From Leptonemataceae bacterium (GTDB lineage: Bacteria; Spirochaetota; Leptospiria; Leptospirales; Leptonemataceae), in assembly GCA_965227295.1 (NCBI GenBank), contig OZ245742.1, positions 2,336,001 through 2,400,000 of the forward strand: a stretch of 64,000 nt of DNA, read 5' to 3'. The notes beneath the pieces were generated by a model. The model saw only the letters and a program-made list of their open reading frames with translations. It was not told where the DNA came from and did no database searches. Below are positions 1 to 9,877 of this stretch, one piece after another. Position 1 is the stretch's first letter. Each line of letters starts with the position of its first letter. Position numbers and translations under genes: made by a program.

Positions 1-422
1 TCGTGAAAGTCGGCGAAGATCTTCGAGAAACGATCCGAGTGTTCCCAGTTGTCGCAGCCGTTCCGCGGATCGCCGACCCAGGCGGCCAGTTCGGGAAAGT
101 GCAGGGCGACGTCCGGCCGGCGCGCGGGATTCTTATGCGTGGCCAGGGCCTCGTAGTAAAGCAGCGGCTGGATCTTGCTTTCGAAGAGCGGGGACTCGTG
201 CCACACCTCCGCGAAGGACGCGAGCACGGCCTCGGGTTCCGGGGATTCCCGCGTAAACGAAAAGCCGGCCTTGTGAATCTTACGCAGCGCGGGCAGGGCC
301 AGGCCCAGGGTTTCCAGTTGCGTGCCGTAGATCGACCGGCGTTTCGCGGCGACGTCCTTCGAAATGCGCGCGGCCTTTGCGGCGGAACGGCAGGCGGCAT
401 CGACTTCGGCGGCGGGAGACAT
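1..422 (-). CDS. Partial (3'-truncated by window) DNA alkylation repair / AlkD-like HEAT protein
   Basis: Read manually from ATG at 422: MSPAAEVDAACR...GLALPALRKIHK...CDNWEHSDRFSKIF, open to the window edge. The DNWxHSD motif resembles the AlkD family. Not in the ORF track. Confidence 0.6.
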   Translation of the reverse strand, partial: MSPAAEVDAACRSAAKAARISKDVAAKRRSIYGTQLETLGLALPALRKIHKAGFSFTRESPEPEAVLASFAEVWHESPLFESKIQPLLYYEALATHKNPARRPDVALHFPELAAWVGDPRNGCDNWEHSDRFSKIFADFH

Positions 423-553
423 GGTCGGAATCGCGCAAACTGGAAATCGGTTCGTCAACGGAAAATTCAAGGCGGCGCCTCCGCGGTAACCATGCCCCGA
501 TCGACACCAGAAATTGTGCTTGTTTCTCCATGCGATCTGATTTGCATTATATC

Positions 554-1153
554 ATGAGCGGAACGGCCGGAACGAAGACGGGCATGGGCATCGCCGCGTG
601 CCGGGACTACGCGCAGCGCCTGGCGCGCGTCCTCGATCAGCAGGATTGGAGCGGCGTCGAACGTCTCGCCGAAGACATGCGCGCGGCCTGGACGTTTCAC
701 CGGCAAATCTTTCTGTGCGGCAACGGCGGGAGCGCGGGCAACGCGGTCCATCTCGCCAACGACTTCGTCTACGGCGTCGCAAAGAACAACAACGGCCAGG
801 GCATGCGCATCCACGCGCTACCGGCGAACACCGCCGTGATGACCTGCCTGGCCAACGACATCTCCTACGACGAAGTTTTCTCACAGCAACTCAAAGTCAT
901 GGCTCAGAAGGACGACGTGCTGGTGGTCCTCTCCGGCAGCGGGAACTCGCCGAACGTCGTCCGCGCCCTGGAAGTGGGTCGGGACCTCGGCATGCGGACC
1001 TCGGCCATCCTCGGTTACTCCGGCGGTAAGTGCAAAGAACTCGCCGACAACGTCATTCACGTTCCCGTGGACGACATGCAGATCAGTGAAGATATGCAGT
1101 TGATCGTCGGGCACATGTTGATGCAGCAACTGTGTGATCATCCGCCGGGTTGA
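554..1153 (+). CDS. gmhA: SIS-domain sugar isomerase, phosphoheptose isomerase-like
   Basis: CGNGGSAGNA, TCLANDISYDEVFSQQ, SGSGNSPNV and QISED motifs. Start placed at ATG 554. Confidence 0.8.
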   Translation: MSGTAGTKTGMGIAACRDYAQRLARVLDQQDWSGVERLAEDMRAAWTFHRQIFLCGNGGSAGNAVHLANDFVYGVAKNNNGQGMRIHALPANTAVMTCLANDISYDEVFSQQLKVMAQKDDVLVVLSGSGNSPNVVRALEVGRDLGMRTSAILGYSGGKCKELADNVIHVPVDDMQISEDMQLIVGHMLMQQLCDHPPG

Positions 1154-1159
1154 TGGGTG

Positions 1160-1609
1160 TTAGTCTGCGTCGAGGGGCGGGGTTCTTGATTCAATCTTCT
1201 TGATTCCAATGAGGGCCAGATCCAGGGCCGATACTTTGAGAATCTTGATTTCACCCGAAGCCAGCCAGAATAAGCGTTTCGGGTAAGATTTATACTTCGC
1301 GATTTTCTTTTTGAGCCATTCGGTTTTCTTTTTCATCTCCTGGATGTGTTTGCCGCTTGTTGCCGGATGGACCTCAATACATACGATCTCCTCGTACCGT
1401 TTACGTTGTATGATTGTGAAGTAGTCCCACCGTGCTTCATTGGGTTCGCTCTTCTTGAAGCAGGTATCGAGGTCGAGGCTATGAGTTAGTGCGCCTGGTT
1501 TGCGGAGGCGGATCTGCTTCCGGTGTTTTTTCTGAATTGCTTGCCAGTTGGGTTGAAGGCATTCCCTTAAATTTGGGTCATTACGGATTGTCGCAATCAG
1601 TTTCGACAT
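1160..1609 (-). CDS. Small basic protein with PD-(D/E)xK-like motif, partner of the adjacent ATPase
   Basis: MSKLIATIRND...; RWDY(x)nCIEVHP. Low GC. Start codon lies 2 nt after the ATPase stop. Confidence 0.6.
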   Translation of the reverse strand: MSKLIATIRNDPNLRECLQPNWQAIQKKHRKQIRLRKPGALTHSLDLDTCFKKSEPNEARWDYFTIIQRKRYEEIVCIEVHPATSGKHIQEMKKKTEWLKKKIAKYKSYPKRLFWLASGEIKILKVSALDLALIGIKKIESRTPPLDAD

Positions 1610-1611
1610 GT

Positions 1612-2757
1612 TCAGTCCTGATACAAGTCCGCAATCGTATCCTGAATTCGGTCCGTGAATTCGGTCATACCGCCCCAACTGGATACTTCATCTTCGTCGG
1701 CAGATAAGTCCAGAGAAGATATGTCAATTGTATCAACACCTCGATTGCCCGGCTTGAAGTAGTAGGTTTTAAAACTCTTCGTCAAGCATTCTTCTGCGAG
1801 TTCTTTGGACTGTCCCGATAGATCGAATAATTCCATAAAGGCACGAATGCGGCCCCGCGGTTCTCCTTCCTGAATGCGTTGAATTGCCCATTGCAATTCC
1901 AATACATGATACGAATGTGTTGAGACAATCACCTTGTAGCCGCGGTTCAGTAGTTCCATTACTGCAAGCATGATTGAGCGAATTGCGCGAGGATGGAGAC
2001 CCATCTCGGGTTCCTCGATAATTATTGTTTCGATCTTGCCCCGCGTTGATATTGCGGCAGAGGGGAGCAGATAATAGAGACCTAAGAGGAGTGGGGTAAA
2101 CTCCCGTTGTCCCGTGGACCAGAGCATGATAGGTAGAGTCGTATCACTATTTGCAGGAGTCAGTACCAATCTCTTTTTCAGGCCGGTCTTTTCAAGGCTC
2201 AGTTTGGCGCCTCGAAATAGGCTTTTGTCAAGCGATGCCCGAATCGCCTTCTTCAGGCGATCCTGCGGAAAAACGAAACGCCCACTACCAAGGCCCTGAT
2301 CCATAAGATAGCGAATGTTCTCGCTAAAATCCTTTAGTACAAATGGATAAGAAAGGTCGAAGCCCTGAAAAGGCGTCGGCCAGCCTGACGCAATCATCAG
2401 AACCCGTTGCGCAGGCACGTAAAAGGTTCGATTGTCCGAGCCATCTGTACGAATTTTGCTGTTGATCTTTTGTTCGATCGCAAATCTCTGTTTGTCTATG
2501 CGCAGTTCCGAGTCGGCTCTGGCAATCTGTGACATGCCTTCTCCTAGATAAGCTTCCAGGAAATTTGCACCATTGCCGTCCCAATCAAAGCCGTGGCGCC
2601 TCAGCGTCTTAACGATATAACGATAATCCTGCACAAGTCGCAAGAACTGCAGAAAGATGCTCTTCCCCGTTGCCTGAGGCCCCACCAGAACCGTGAGATC
2701 CCCCAGTTCGACGTCGGCCCGGCGAATCGGGCCGAGTTCGTCAATCTCTAAGCGCAT
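1612..2757 (-). CDS. ABC-type (AAA_15/AAA_21-like) ATPase
   Basis: Walker A GPQATGKS, signature-like WSTGQRE, Walker B IIIEEPEMGLHP, switch STHS. No TM segments. Confidence 0.85.
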   Translation of the reverse strand: MRLEIDELGPIRRADVELGDLTVLVGPQATGKSIFLQFLRLVQDYRYIVKTLRRHGFDWDGNGANFLEAYLGEGMSQIARADSELRIDKQRFAIEQKINSKIRTDGSDNRTFYVPAQRVLMIASGWPTPFQGFDLSYPFVLKDFSENIRYLMDQGLGSGRFVFPQDRLKKAIRASLDKSLFRGAKLSLEKTGLKKRLVLTPANSDTTLPIMLWSTGQREFTPLLLGLYYLLPSAAISTRGKIETIIIEEPEMGLHPRAIRSIMLAVMELLNRGYKVIVSTHSYHVLELQWAIQRIQEGEPRGRIRAFMELFDLSGQSKELAEECLTKSFKTYYFKPGNRGVDTIDISSLDLSADEDEVSSWGGMTEFTDRIQDTIADLYQD

Positions 2758-2768
2758 GTTCTTAACTT

Positions 2769-3551
2769 CTACCGGTACTGACCTATCTCAGGCATCACCA
2801 TCTCACCCCAGGAACGATAGCCCTCTTCGCCGAAGTGAATGAAGTCGATGCCCCCGCCCGGCAGGGGTTGTTTGTAGCCCTCGCGAATTTCCGGAAACTC
2901 GTGCGAGGCGATCTCGCGCCAGAAATCCACGTAGGTGACGTAGCTGTAATCCTCGGTGGCGTACTTAAGCAGCCAGTTGTAGTACGGGGCGATGGCGTTG
3001 GCCTTCCACATGAGCGTCGGCGGCATCGAAGACTGGTAGATTTGCACGCCCGGTACGCCCTGGCGAATGCTCTGCCAGATTTTGCGCGTGTTCTCCAGGG
3101 TTTCGGGAATGCAGCGCCCCTGTAAAAGATCGTTGCCGCCGATGGAAATCAGCACGGCCCGCGGGCGCCGCGCGACGATGTCGTCCTGGACGCGTTGTTG
3201 CAACATGACGGTGGTGTCCCCGCCGATGCCGGTGTTCGCGACGTCGACGCCCGGCAGGTACTGTTCCATACGCGGCGGAGTGAATAACGCGGCGATAGAG
3301 TCGCCGGTGATGATGACCTTCGCCGTGGGTTTCTGCGCCGCCTGCTGGGCCAGCAGCGCGCGGAAGGCCGTCCAGTGCTTGAGGTACTCCTCGTCCTTTT
3401 CACGGAAGAGCAGTTCCTTCTCGCATTTCTTTTCGGTCTGGAAGTAGTCGAAGCCGTATCCGGCGCCGCGGCGGTTGGGCCCGCAGGCGGCGAGCAGCGT
3501 GAGCGTCGTCGCGGCGATGACTAATAGCTTGTAAGTGGATGTTAGTTGCAT
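2769..3551 (-). CDS. GDSL/SGNH hydrolase lipoprotein
   Basis: Lipobox LAAC; GDSI, GIGGDTT, GGND and DFIH blocks. Confidence 0.85.
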   Translation of the reverse strand: MQLTSTYKLLVIAATTLTLLAACGPNRRGAGYGFDYFQTEKKCEKELLFREKDEEYLKHWTAFRALLAQQAAQKPTAKVIITGDSIAALFTPPRMEQYLPGVDVANTGIGGDTTVMLQQRVQDDIVARRPRAVLISIGGNDLLQGRCIPETLENTRKIWQSIRQGVPGVQIYQSSMPPTLMWKANAIAPYYNWLLKYATEDYSYVTYVDFWREIASHEFPEIREGYKQPLPGGGIDFIHFGEEGYRSWGEMVMPEIGQYR

Positions 3552-3584
3552 ATCGATTCCTTTGAATGTTTGCGCGGTGCGCCG

Positions 3585-4886
3585 TCAGGCCTGGATCACC
3601 CCGCTCAGTTTCGGGTCCGTACGATGTTTGCCGGGCAGGGTATTTTTGCGTTTGCGCTTACGTTCCCGACGTTTGCGCACGCCGTGCATGATGCGGGCGA
3701 AGAAGTTGCGTGCCCGTTTTTCCCGGCCGTGGGTTTCCAGCCAGTCCAGCACGAGCGGGTAGACGTCCTGAATGGCCCGGTCGCCCAGAACCAGACCGGT
3801 GTGACAGTAGTCCAGTTCCACGCCGGTGTCCCGGCCGAGGATGACGAACTTTTTCTTTTTGCTGCGCGCCCTGTCGTAGGCGAAGCGGACCGACTCGGGC
3901 AGGGCCACGTGATCCCGCGCCCCGGCGACGAAGAGCGACGGCGCGCTGATGTTCTTCAGGCCCTCGCGATAGTCGTGGCTGCCGTCGACGGTGGTCTCGC
4001 GGTTGGTGTTGATCCAGCCCATGAACTGCCGCGCCAGCCCGGCGGAGATGTTTTCAATGCCGTTTTTCATTAAGCGGCGGATGGTGCGCGAGCTTACGTT
4101 CTCTTTGCTGTAGATTAGTTCTTCGACGGGCGTGGTGAGCCGGCCGGTGAGCGGTGAGATGACCTGCGCGCCGAACTTGAAGTCGATGATGTCGTTCATC
4201 CAGGGATGATTCGAAAGCGCGCCCCACATGGTACGCTTCGCGTGATCGATGCGCCCGGGCCCGCCCAACGATACGAACGCCGCGATGTCTTCGGAGCCGG
4301 GCAGTTCGCGACCCATGAAACCGTAGCAGATCATGGCACCCATGCTGTGGCCGACCCAGGAAATCTTCGGGGCGCCGGTGAGTTCCCGGGCCTTGCGAAT
4401 GACGGCGGGTACATCGTACTGCACCAGGTCGTCGAAGTTGAAGTCCTTGTAACGATGGCGGGAGGAGTGATACGACTTGCCCACGCCGCGGAGCGACAGT
4501 ACAAAGACCGGGAAGCCGTGCTGCTTTAAAAAGAAGGCCACGCTGTGGGAATGATCCAGGTCCACGCCGTACTTATTGTTGGCGATGCCGTGGCTTACGA
4601 TCACCGGAAACGCGCCGACCCGCGGATACGACGGGCGATGGAAGTGCATGGCGATGTTCCAGCCGTCCTCGGTGTGCGCGTAAAAGACTTGATCGGAGAT
4701 GTCTTCGACGCCGTAGAGCTTGTCCCAGACGATCAGGAAGATCGGGTAGAAGAGCAGGATCAGCAGGATGACCAGGGCGAGGACCACGGCCGCGCTGCCC
4801 AGGAGCACGGCCAGGAGCGCGATGACGAGCATCGACGTGGCGATGTAGATCGGGTCCTTCTTTTTTTTCTGCGGGCCGAAGAGCAT
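3585..4886 (-). CDS. Membrane-anchored alpha/beta hydrolase (lipase/esterase)
   Basis: Two N-terminal TM helices, HG oxyanion motif, GHSMG nucleophile elbow, later D and H. Start uncertain (4886 or 4904). Confidence 0.8.
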   Translation of the reverse strand: MLFGPQKKKKDPIYIATSMLVIALLAVLLGSAAVVLALVILLILLFYPIFLIVWDKLYGVEDISDQVFYAHTEDGWNIAMHFHRPSYPRVGAFPVIVSHGIANNKYGVDLDHSHSVAFFLKQHGFPVFVLSLRGVGKSYHSSRHRYKDFNFDDLVQYDVPAVIRKARELTGAPKISWVGHSMGAMICYGFMGRELPGSEDIAAFVSLGGPGRIDHAKRTMWGALSNHPWMNDIIDFKFGAQVISPLTGRLTTPVEELIYSKENVSSRTIRRLMKNGIENISAGLARQFMGWINTNRETTVDGSHDYREGLKNISAPSLFVAGARDHVALPESVRFAYDRARSKKKKFVILGRDTGVELDYCHTGLVLGDRAIQDVYPLVLDWLETHGREKRARNFFARIMHGVRKRRERKRKRKNTLPGKHRTDPKLSGVIQA

Positions 4887-5018
4887 CGGCGAGCATTCCA
4901 GCACCGCGTCGACCGGCGGTCATCTAAAAAACGCGGCCTGGCGCTGCCGCCACGGCTTATCAAATGAGGGGTACCCACTTGACGTACCGCTCCCGCGCGC
5001 CATTATGTCGCCCCGGCC

Positions 5019-5456
5019 ATGAACGTTTTCCAGGGTCCATTCTTCGAACTCCAGGTGCCCGAGGACTGGGAGCAGGAGATCATCGAAAACATTCCGGCCT
5101 TCTACGACCTGGACGCCGGCTGGGTCCTGCAAATCGCCGCCACAAGCAATCCCGGCGGTGCCGCCTACGATCCCGACACGCAAATGCGCACCTACCTCGA
5201 ACAGAACGGCCTGGAGTACCAGGACGACCGGGTCATGCGCTATCAAAACGCCTCGGGCCTGGAATGCCTGGCCTGTGAGTTCATCAAAGACAATCGCTTC
5301 TGGCTGGTGCAGATCATCGTGCGCGGCCCGCGCATGTTGCTGATCATCTTCAATTCCGACGAAACGCCGGCGGCGGAGCTGGCCCGGGACATTTCCGGGG
5401 CGGTGGGGTCGATCCGCTTCTTCGAACCCGTGGAAACCCCGGAGAACTCTAACTGA
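5019..5456 (+). CDS. Hypothetical protein upstream of purN
   Basis: 145-aa ORF with host-like codon usage, 6 nt before purN. Confidence 0.6.
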   Translation: MNVFQGPFFELQVPEDWEQEIIENIPAFYDLDAGWVLQIAATSNPGGAAYDPDTQMRTYLEQNGLEYQDDRVMRYQNASGLECLACEFIKDNRFWLVQIIVRGPRMLLIIFNSDETPAAELARDISGAVGSIRFFEPVETPENSN

Positions 5457-5462
5457 ATTTGC

Positions 5463-6092
5463 ATGAATGTTAAGCGCGCAGTGGTCCTCGCGTCCGGCCG
5501 CGGCAGCAACTTCGCCGCGGTGCTGGAGGGTGTACGCACGGGCGGCATCCGTAACTGCGAGATCGCGACGCTGATTGTTGACCGCCGGGGCACGGGCGCA
5601 GAAGAAATCGCGACGGCGGCGAACGTGCCGGTCCGGGTAATCGCATACAAAGATTTCGCCGAACGCAGCGAGTACGATGCCGTGTTGCTTGCGGCCCTGC
5701 GCGAACTGCAGCCGGATTTTATTCTGACGCTGGGTTACATGCGCATCCTCGCCCCGGAGCTCGTGCGCAGTTTCGCCGGGCGCATCATCAACATTCATCC
5801 GTCGTTGTTGCCGGCTTTTCCCGGCATTCATTCGGCGCGTCAGGCCTTCGAATACGGCGTAAAGCTTGCCGGTGCCACGGTGCACTTCGTCGACGAGGGC
5901 GTGGACACGGGGCCCATTATTTTGCAGGCGGCGGTGGATGTCCCGGAGGGCGGCACGGCCGACGATCTGGCGGAACTCATCTTAACTGAGGAACATCGCA
6001 TCTTAGTGCGTGCGGTGGATTTGTTTTGTAACGATCGGCTGAGCCTGGAAGCGGGCGCCGATCAACGAAAAAAAGTAAGGATATACACATGA
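5463..6092 (+). CDS. purN: Phosphoribosylglycinamide formyltransferase
   Basis: SGRGSNF, GYMRIL, NIHPSLLPAFPG, GATVHFVDEGVDTGPII. Confidence 0.97.
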   Translation: MNVKRAVVLASGRGSNFAAVLEGVRTGGIRNCEIATLIVDRRGTGAEEIATAANVPVRVIAYKDFAERSEYDAVLLAALRELQPDFILTLGYMRILAPELVRSFAGRIINIHPSLLPAFPGIHSARQAFEYGVKLAGATVHFVDEGVDTGPIILQAAVDVPEGGTADDLAELILTEEHRILVRAVDLFCNDRLSLEAGADQRKKVRIYT

Positions 6093-7675
6093 GCGACATC
6101 ATCAAAGTGCAGCGGGCGTTGCTTTCGGTTTCGGACAAAACGGGACTCACGGATTTCGGCCGTTTTCTGGCGGATGAGGGCGTGGAGCTAATTTCCACCG
6201 GCGGTACATTACGGGCGCTGAAGGACGCCGGTGTGCCGGCCCTCGCCATCGAGGACTACACGGGCTTCCCGGAGATCATGGACGGGCGCGTGAAGACGCT
6301 GCACCCGCGCATTCACGGCGGCCTGCTGGCGTTGCAGGACAACGCCGATCACGTGCAGGCCATGCAGGACAACGACATCCCCGGCATCGATCTTGTCTGC
6401 GTGAACCTCTATCCCTTCGCCGAAACCATCGCGAAGCCAGGCGTGAGTTTCGAAGACGCCGTCGAGAACATCGACATCGGCGGGCCCACCATGTTGCGGG
6501 CGGCGGCCAAGAACTACGGCTTCACCACGGTCATCTGCGATCCCGCGGACTACGCGGCGGCCATGGAAATGATCATCAAACACGGCGGCATTCCGCGGGA
6601 TGCGTCGCTGGAGTTCGCGCGCAAAGTGTTCAATCGCACCGCCGCTTACGACGCGCTCATCGCCGGTTACTTAAATGATCGGGCGGGGGATCGTTTTCCC
6701 GAACGCCTCACGTTAACGTACGAAAAATCCCAGCCCTTGCGCTACGGCGAGAACCCGCACCAGAACGCGAACCTGTATCGCCCGGCGCTGGACCTGGCCA
6801 AAGAGCGGCACGTCGGAAGGGCGAGCATTGAACAGTTGCAGGGCAAAGAGCTGTCGTTCAACAATCTGCTCGACTTCAACGCCGCGTTGCGCGCGGTGCT
6901 GAGTCTTCCGAAAGAGGGCGCGGTCATCGTCAAACACCTGAATCCCTGCGGCGCCGCCGTCATGAAAAACGGCGGCAGTTTGAACGACGCGTTCCTGCGC
7001 GCGCGGGCGTGTGATCCGGTGTCGGCCTTCGGCGGCATCATCGCGCTCGGCACGCGCTGCGACGAGGAGACCGCGAAGAGCATCACCGAAAACTTCGCCG
7101 AGGTCATCGTCGCCCCGGAGTACGACGAGGCGGCGCTCGGGGTGTTCGCGGCGAAGAAAAACCTGCGCGTGATCCGCATCAAAGACGCGAGCGCTTACCT
7201 CGCAGGCGAGCCGCGGGAAATCCGCACGATTCTCGGCGGCGCGCTGTACCAGGACCTGGACGTGCGCGTGGCGCAACGCTCCGAATGGAAGGTCGTCACT
7301 AAAGTACAGCCGGATGAAGCTACGCTCGACGCTCTGGATTTTGCCTGGCGCGTGTGCAAACACGTGAAGTCCAACGCCATCGTTTTTACCGGTGACGCGG
7401 AGACCCTGGCCATCGGCGCGGGGCAGATGTCGCGCATCGATTCGGTGGAGATCGCGGCGTCGAAAGCGAAGAAAGCCGGCCTGGAACTGAAAGGATCGGT
7501 GGTGGCCTCGGACGCCTTCTTTCCGTTTCGTGACGGCCTCGACGCCCTCGCGAACGCCGGTGCCCGCGCCGTGATTCAGCCGGGCGGTTCCGTGCGCGAC
7601 GAGGAAGTCATTGCCGCGGCGGACGAGCACGGCGTGGCGATGGTGTTCACCGGCATGCGGCACTTCTTGCATTGA
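6089..7675 (+). CDS. purH: Bifunctional AICAR transformylase / IMP cyclohydrolase
   Basis: [43 protein letters not shown]. Confidence 0.98.
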   Translation: MSDIIKVQRALLSVSDKTGLTDFGRFLADEGVELISTGGTLRALKDAGVPALAIEDYTGFPEIMDGRVKTLHPRIHGGLLALQDNADHVQAMQDNDIPGIDLVCVNLYPFAETIAKPGVSFEDAVENIDIGGPTMLRAAAKNYGFTTVICDPADYAAAMEMIIKHGGIPRDASLEFARKVFNRTAAYDALIAGYLNDRAGDRFPERLTLTYEKSQPLRYGENPHQNANLYRPALDLAKERHVGRASIEQLQGKELSFNNLLDFNAALRAVLSLPKEGAVIVKHLNPCGAAVMKNGGSLNDAFLRARACDPVSAFGGIIALGTRCDEETAKSITENFAEVIVAPEYDEAALGVFAAKKNLRVIRIKDASAYLAGEPREIRTILGGALYQDLDVRVAQRSEWKVVTKVQPDEATLDALDFAWRVCKHVKSNAIVFTGDAETLAIGAGQMSRIDSVEIAASKAKKAGLELKGSVVASDAFFPFRDGLDALANAGARAVIQPGGSVRDEEVIAAADEHGVAMVFTGMRHFLH

Positions 7676-7720
7676 GGGGATTTTTGTAGACAGGGCGTCG
7701 TCAGGGGTTCGTATGATGTT

Positions 7721-7900
7721 ATGGCGAGCGTAAAACGTGTGGTCCTGGATGCGATTGAGCAACTGCCGGAGACGGCGGGGTACGACGAAATCATGTACCA
7801 GCTCTATGTCATGCAAAAGGTCGAGGCCGGCAGGGACGCCGCCCGGCGTGGTGACACACTGAACGTCGATGAATTGCGTAAAGAGATGGAGGCATGGTAA
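7721..7900 (+). CDS. Small antitoxin-like protein (59 aa) of the type found upstream of ParE/RelE toxins
   Basis: Manually read [59 protein letters not shown]; below the ORF-track cutoff. Confidence 0.65.
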   Translation: MASVKRVVLDAIEQLPETAGYDEIMYQLYVMQKVEAGRDAARRGDTLNVDELRKEMEAW

Positions 7901-7977
7901 GATGGACCAGGCCTGCGTCGCGCGATCACGGTCGATCTATGATGGGTCGCACGGAAAATTGCCCGAGTCCGGTATAA
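7894..7977 (+). pseudogene. Degenerate ParE/RelE-like toxin fragment
   Basis: ATG overlaps the antitoxin stop and reads [11 protein letters not shown], continuing RSIYD in a shifted frame. Ends shortly before the structured repeat. Confidence 0.45.
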
Positions 7978-7989
7978 CTCTTCGCGCAA

Positions 7990-8101
7990 GGGATTGGAAG
8001 GGTCGCGGCTTTAGCCGCGAGTCCGGAGCGTAGCGGAGGACCGAAGCCGTAAGGCGGAGCCCTGGAAAGCCCGGTCGCCGCCGCAGGCGGCGATGCGCCC
8101 A
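7990..8101. repeat. Multi-hairpin REP/MITE-like element related to the cassette-junction module
   Basis: Stems tcgcggct/agccgcga, gtcc/ggac, gcc-gtaa-ggc and tcgccgcc/ggcggcga. Shares GCGGAGCCC and terminal CGCCCA with 31726-31839, 41486-41603 and 45392-45509. Confidence 0.65.
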
Positions 8102-8283
8102 AAAATGTGTTTAACTGATTGTGGACTTCGCTCTTTGAATTAAGCCCCCGCCTCCCCCATCCAATACGACAACGCCAGCACCGGCCGCTCGCCGAGTTCC
8201 CGGCGCCGGTAGTTCACGAACGCCGGAAGACACTTCGCGCGGAGCGTGCTGGAAAAAAACTATAACTTTATTATCTTGCGACG

Positions 8284-9129
8284 GTGAACACCGGCCATTC
8301 CACCATCGACGTCGATCTCATTCAAAAGATTGTCGGAGGGGCGCCGGTTTCCGGGGTGTCGCGCGCGGAGGCCATTCGCCTGTACCGCAATGAAGGCCGT
8401 CGTCTGTATCCGCTGCTCCTCGAACAACTCACGTTCCAGCGTTGGGACGAAGACGAGGCCGAAGATTTGTGGCACGGCATGCTGCGACACAAGCGCGAAC
8501 TGCGCCGTAAACTCGGTCGCAATCCCGGCGTCTTCGTTGCGGCCCTGGACTATCTTTCCAACGTTCGGAATATCTTAAAAGATCCGGCCATCATGTCGCG
8601 GGATACCGCGGAGACCATCGTCGTGTCGGCCGTGGCGGACGATTTGACCGGACTCATGGACCGGCGCGCCGCTTACGTGCGCCTGGGTAGCATCAAACAA
8701 AATTGCCAGGAGAACGGTAAGTCGTTCAGTGTGATCATGCTGGACCTGGATCACTTCAAGAACTTGAACGATACCTACGGCCACGAAACCGGCGACGCGG
8801 TGCTCAAACACTTTGCCGATGAAATGCGCTCCGTCGTCCGCCGGAGCGATCTCGTGGCTCGTTTCGGCGGCGAAGAGTTTCTCATGGTCATCAGTGAGTG
8901 TTCCTTCGGCGGCGCGAAGAAGGTCCTCGAACGCCTGCGCAAGAATTTACGCGAGGCGCGCTTCGATCCGCCGTACACGTTCAGCGCCGGCATCATTGCG
9001 TATCCCGAGTACAGCCTTTCGAACAAGAAGCTCATCCGCTGCGCCGACGCCGCGCTGTATGCCGCGAAAGAGCGCGGGCGGGATCGCGCCGTGGCCTTCG
9101 AGCCCGGGCACCTGGATCTCATTGAATAA
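8284..9129 (+). CDS. Diguanylate cyclase (GGDEF domain)
   Basis: DDLTGL, DLDHFKNLNDTYGHETGD, I-site RRSD, RFGGEEF, ADAALYAAKERGRD. Confidence 0.92.
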   Translation: MNTGHSTIDVDLIQKIVGGAPVSGVSRAEAIRLYRNEGRRLYPLLLEQLTFQRWDEDEAEDLWHGMLRHKRELRRKLGRNPGVFVAALDYLSNVRNILKDPAIMSRDTAETIVVSAVADDLTGLMDRRAAYVRLGSIKQNCQENGKSFSVIMLDLDHFKNLNDTYGHETGDAVLKHFADEMRSVVRRSDLVARFGGEEFLMVISECSFGGAKKVLERLRKNLREARFDPPYTFSAGIIAYPEYSLSNKKLIRCADAALYAAKERGRDRAVAFEPGHLDLIE

Positions 9130-9230
9130 ATAGAGTTGATCAGCCGGCCTGTTTCAGTTCTTCGTCGGGGGCGCAGGACTCGTTCTGGATTTCCTCGGTG
9201 AAGTAAATACGTCACATGTCCGGGCTGCGA

Positions 9231-9863
9231 CTACGGACAGCCGCTTTGTCTCGTCAAAGTTAACTGACTCGTATCAAAACCTAAGCCGCCGGCCGTGCTC
9301 AAGAGACTGTTGTACGTCGCGCTATCCATCGTTGTCGTCCGCGAGAGCACGAACAAACTGCGACGCAAGCGGTCGCCGACCAGGGCGTAGCTGTAATCAC
9401 TCGCGAGGGCGATGATGTAATAGTCCGAACCGAAGGGACCGAAGAACGCGACCTGTAACTTTGCGTTCACCCCGGGGTCCGTGACGACGGCCGTGCCGTT
9501 GATGGTACTCAACGATCCGTCCACGCTGTTCAGCCGGCATTGATTAAACACGCTGATGGTCGTGGAATCGATGATGCCGTAGGTGGCCGTGGTACACAGG
9601 CAGTTCGTATTAAAAAACTGCGGAATCGAAGCGATTTCGTACCACAGCCCGATGTACCGCGACGGGTCGACGAACGCCACGGTCTCCAGGGACGGCTTTG
9701 CCAGTTCCTGGCCGACGGCGATGCCGAGGACGAGCCGATCGACGGAGTCGTTCACCGCCGCGGAGTCGACGGCCTTGCAACCCATGCCGGTGAAAAACGT
9801 TCCGGCGAGAAGGGCGCAGGCCGGTATAAAAGTGCGTGCACCTTGCAAACATTTTTGAATCAT
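9231..9863 (-). CDS. Lipocalin (Blc-like) lipoprotein
   Basis: VDPSRYIGLWYEIA, DYSYALVG and LFVLSR lipocalin motifs; N-terminal signal with Cys. Confidence 0.88.
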   Translation of the reverse strand: MIQKCLQGARTFIPACALLAGTFFTGMGCKAVDSAAVNDSVDRLVLGIAVGQELAKPSLETVAFVDPSRYIGLWYEIASIPQFFNTNCLCTTATYGIIDSTTISVFNQCRLNSVDGSLSTINGTAVVTDPGVNAKLQVAFFGPFGSDYYIIALASDYSYALVGDRLRRSLFVLSRTTTMDSATYNSLLSTAGGLGFDTSQLTLTRQSGCP

Positions 9864-9877
9864 GTTGCAACCTAATC

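Noticed and set aside
8140..8260. Possible minus-strand gene remnant (FVNYRRRELGERPVLALSYWMGEAGA*)
   Set aside because: Too short, with no start or recognisable motif.
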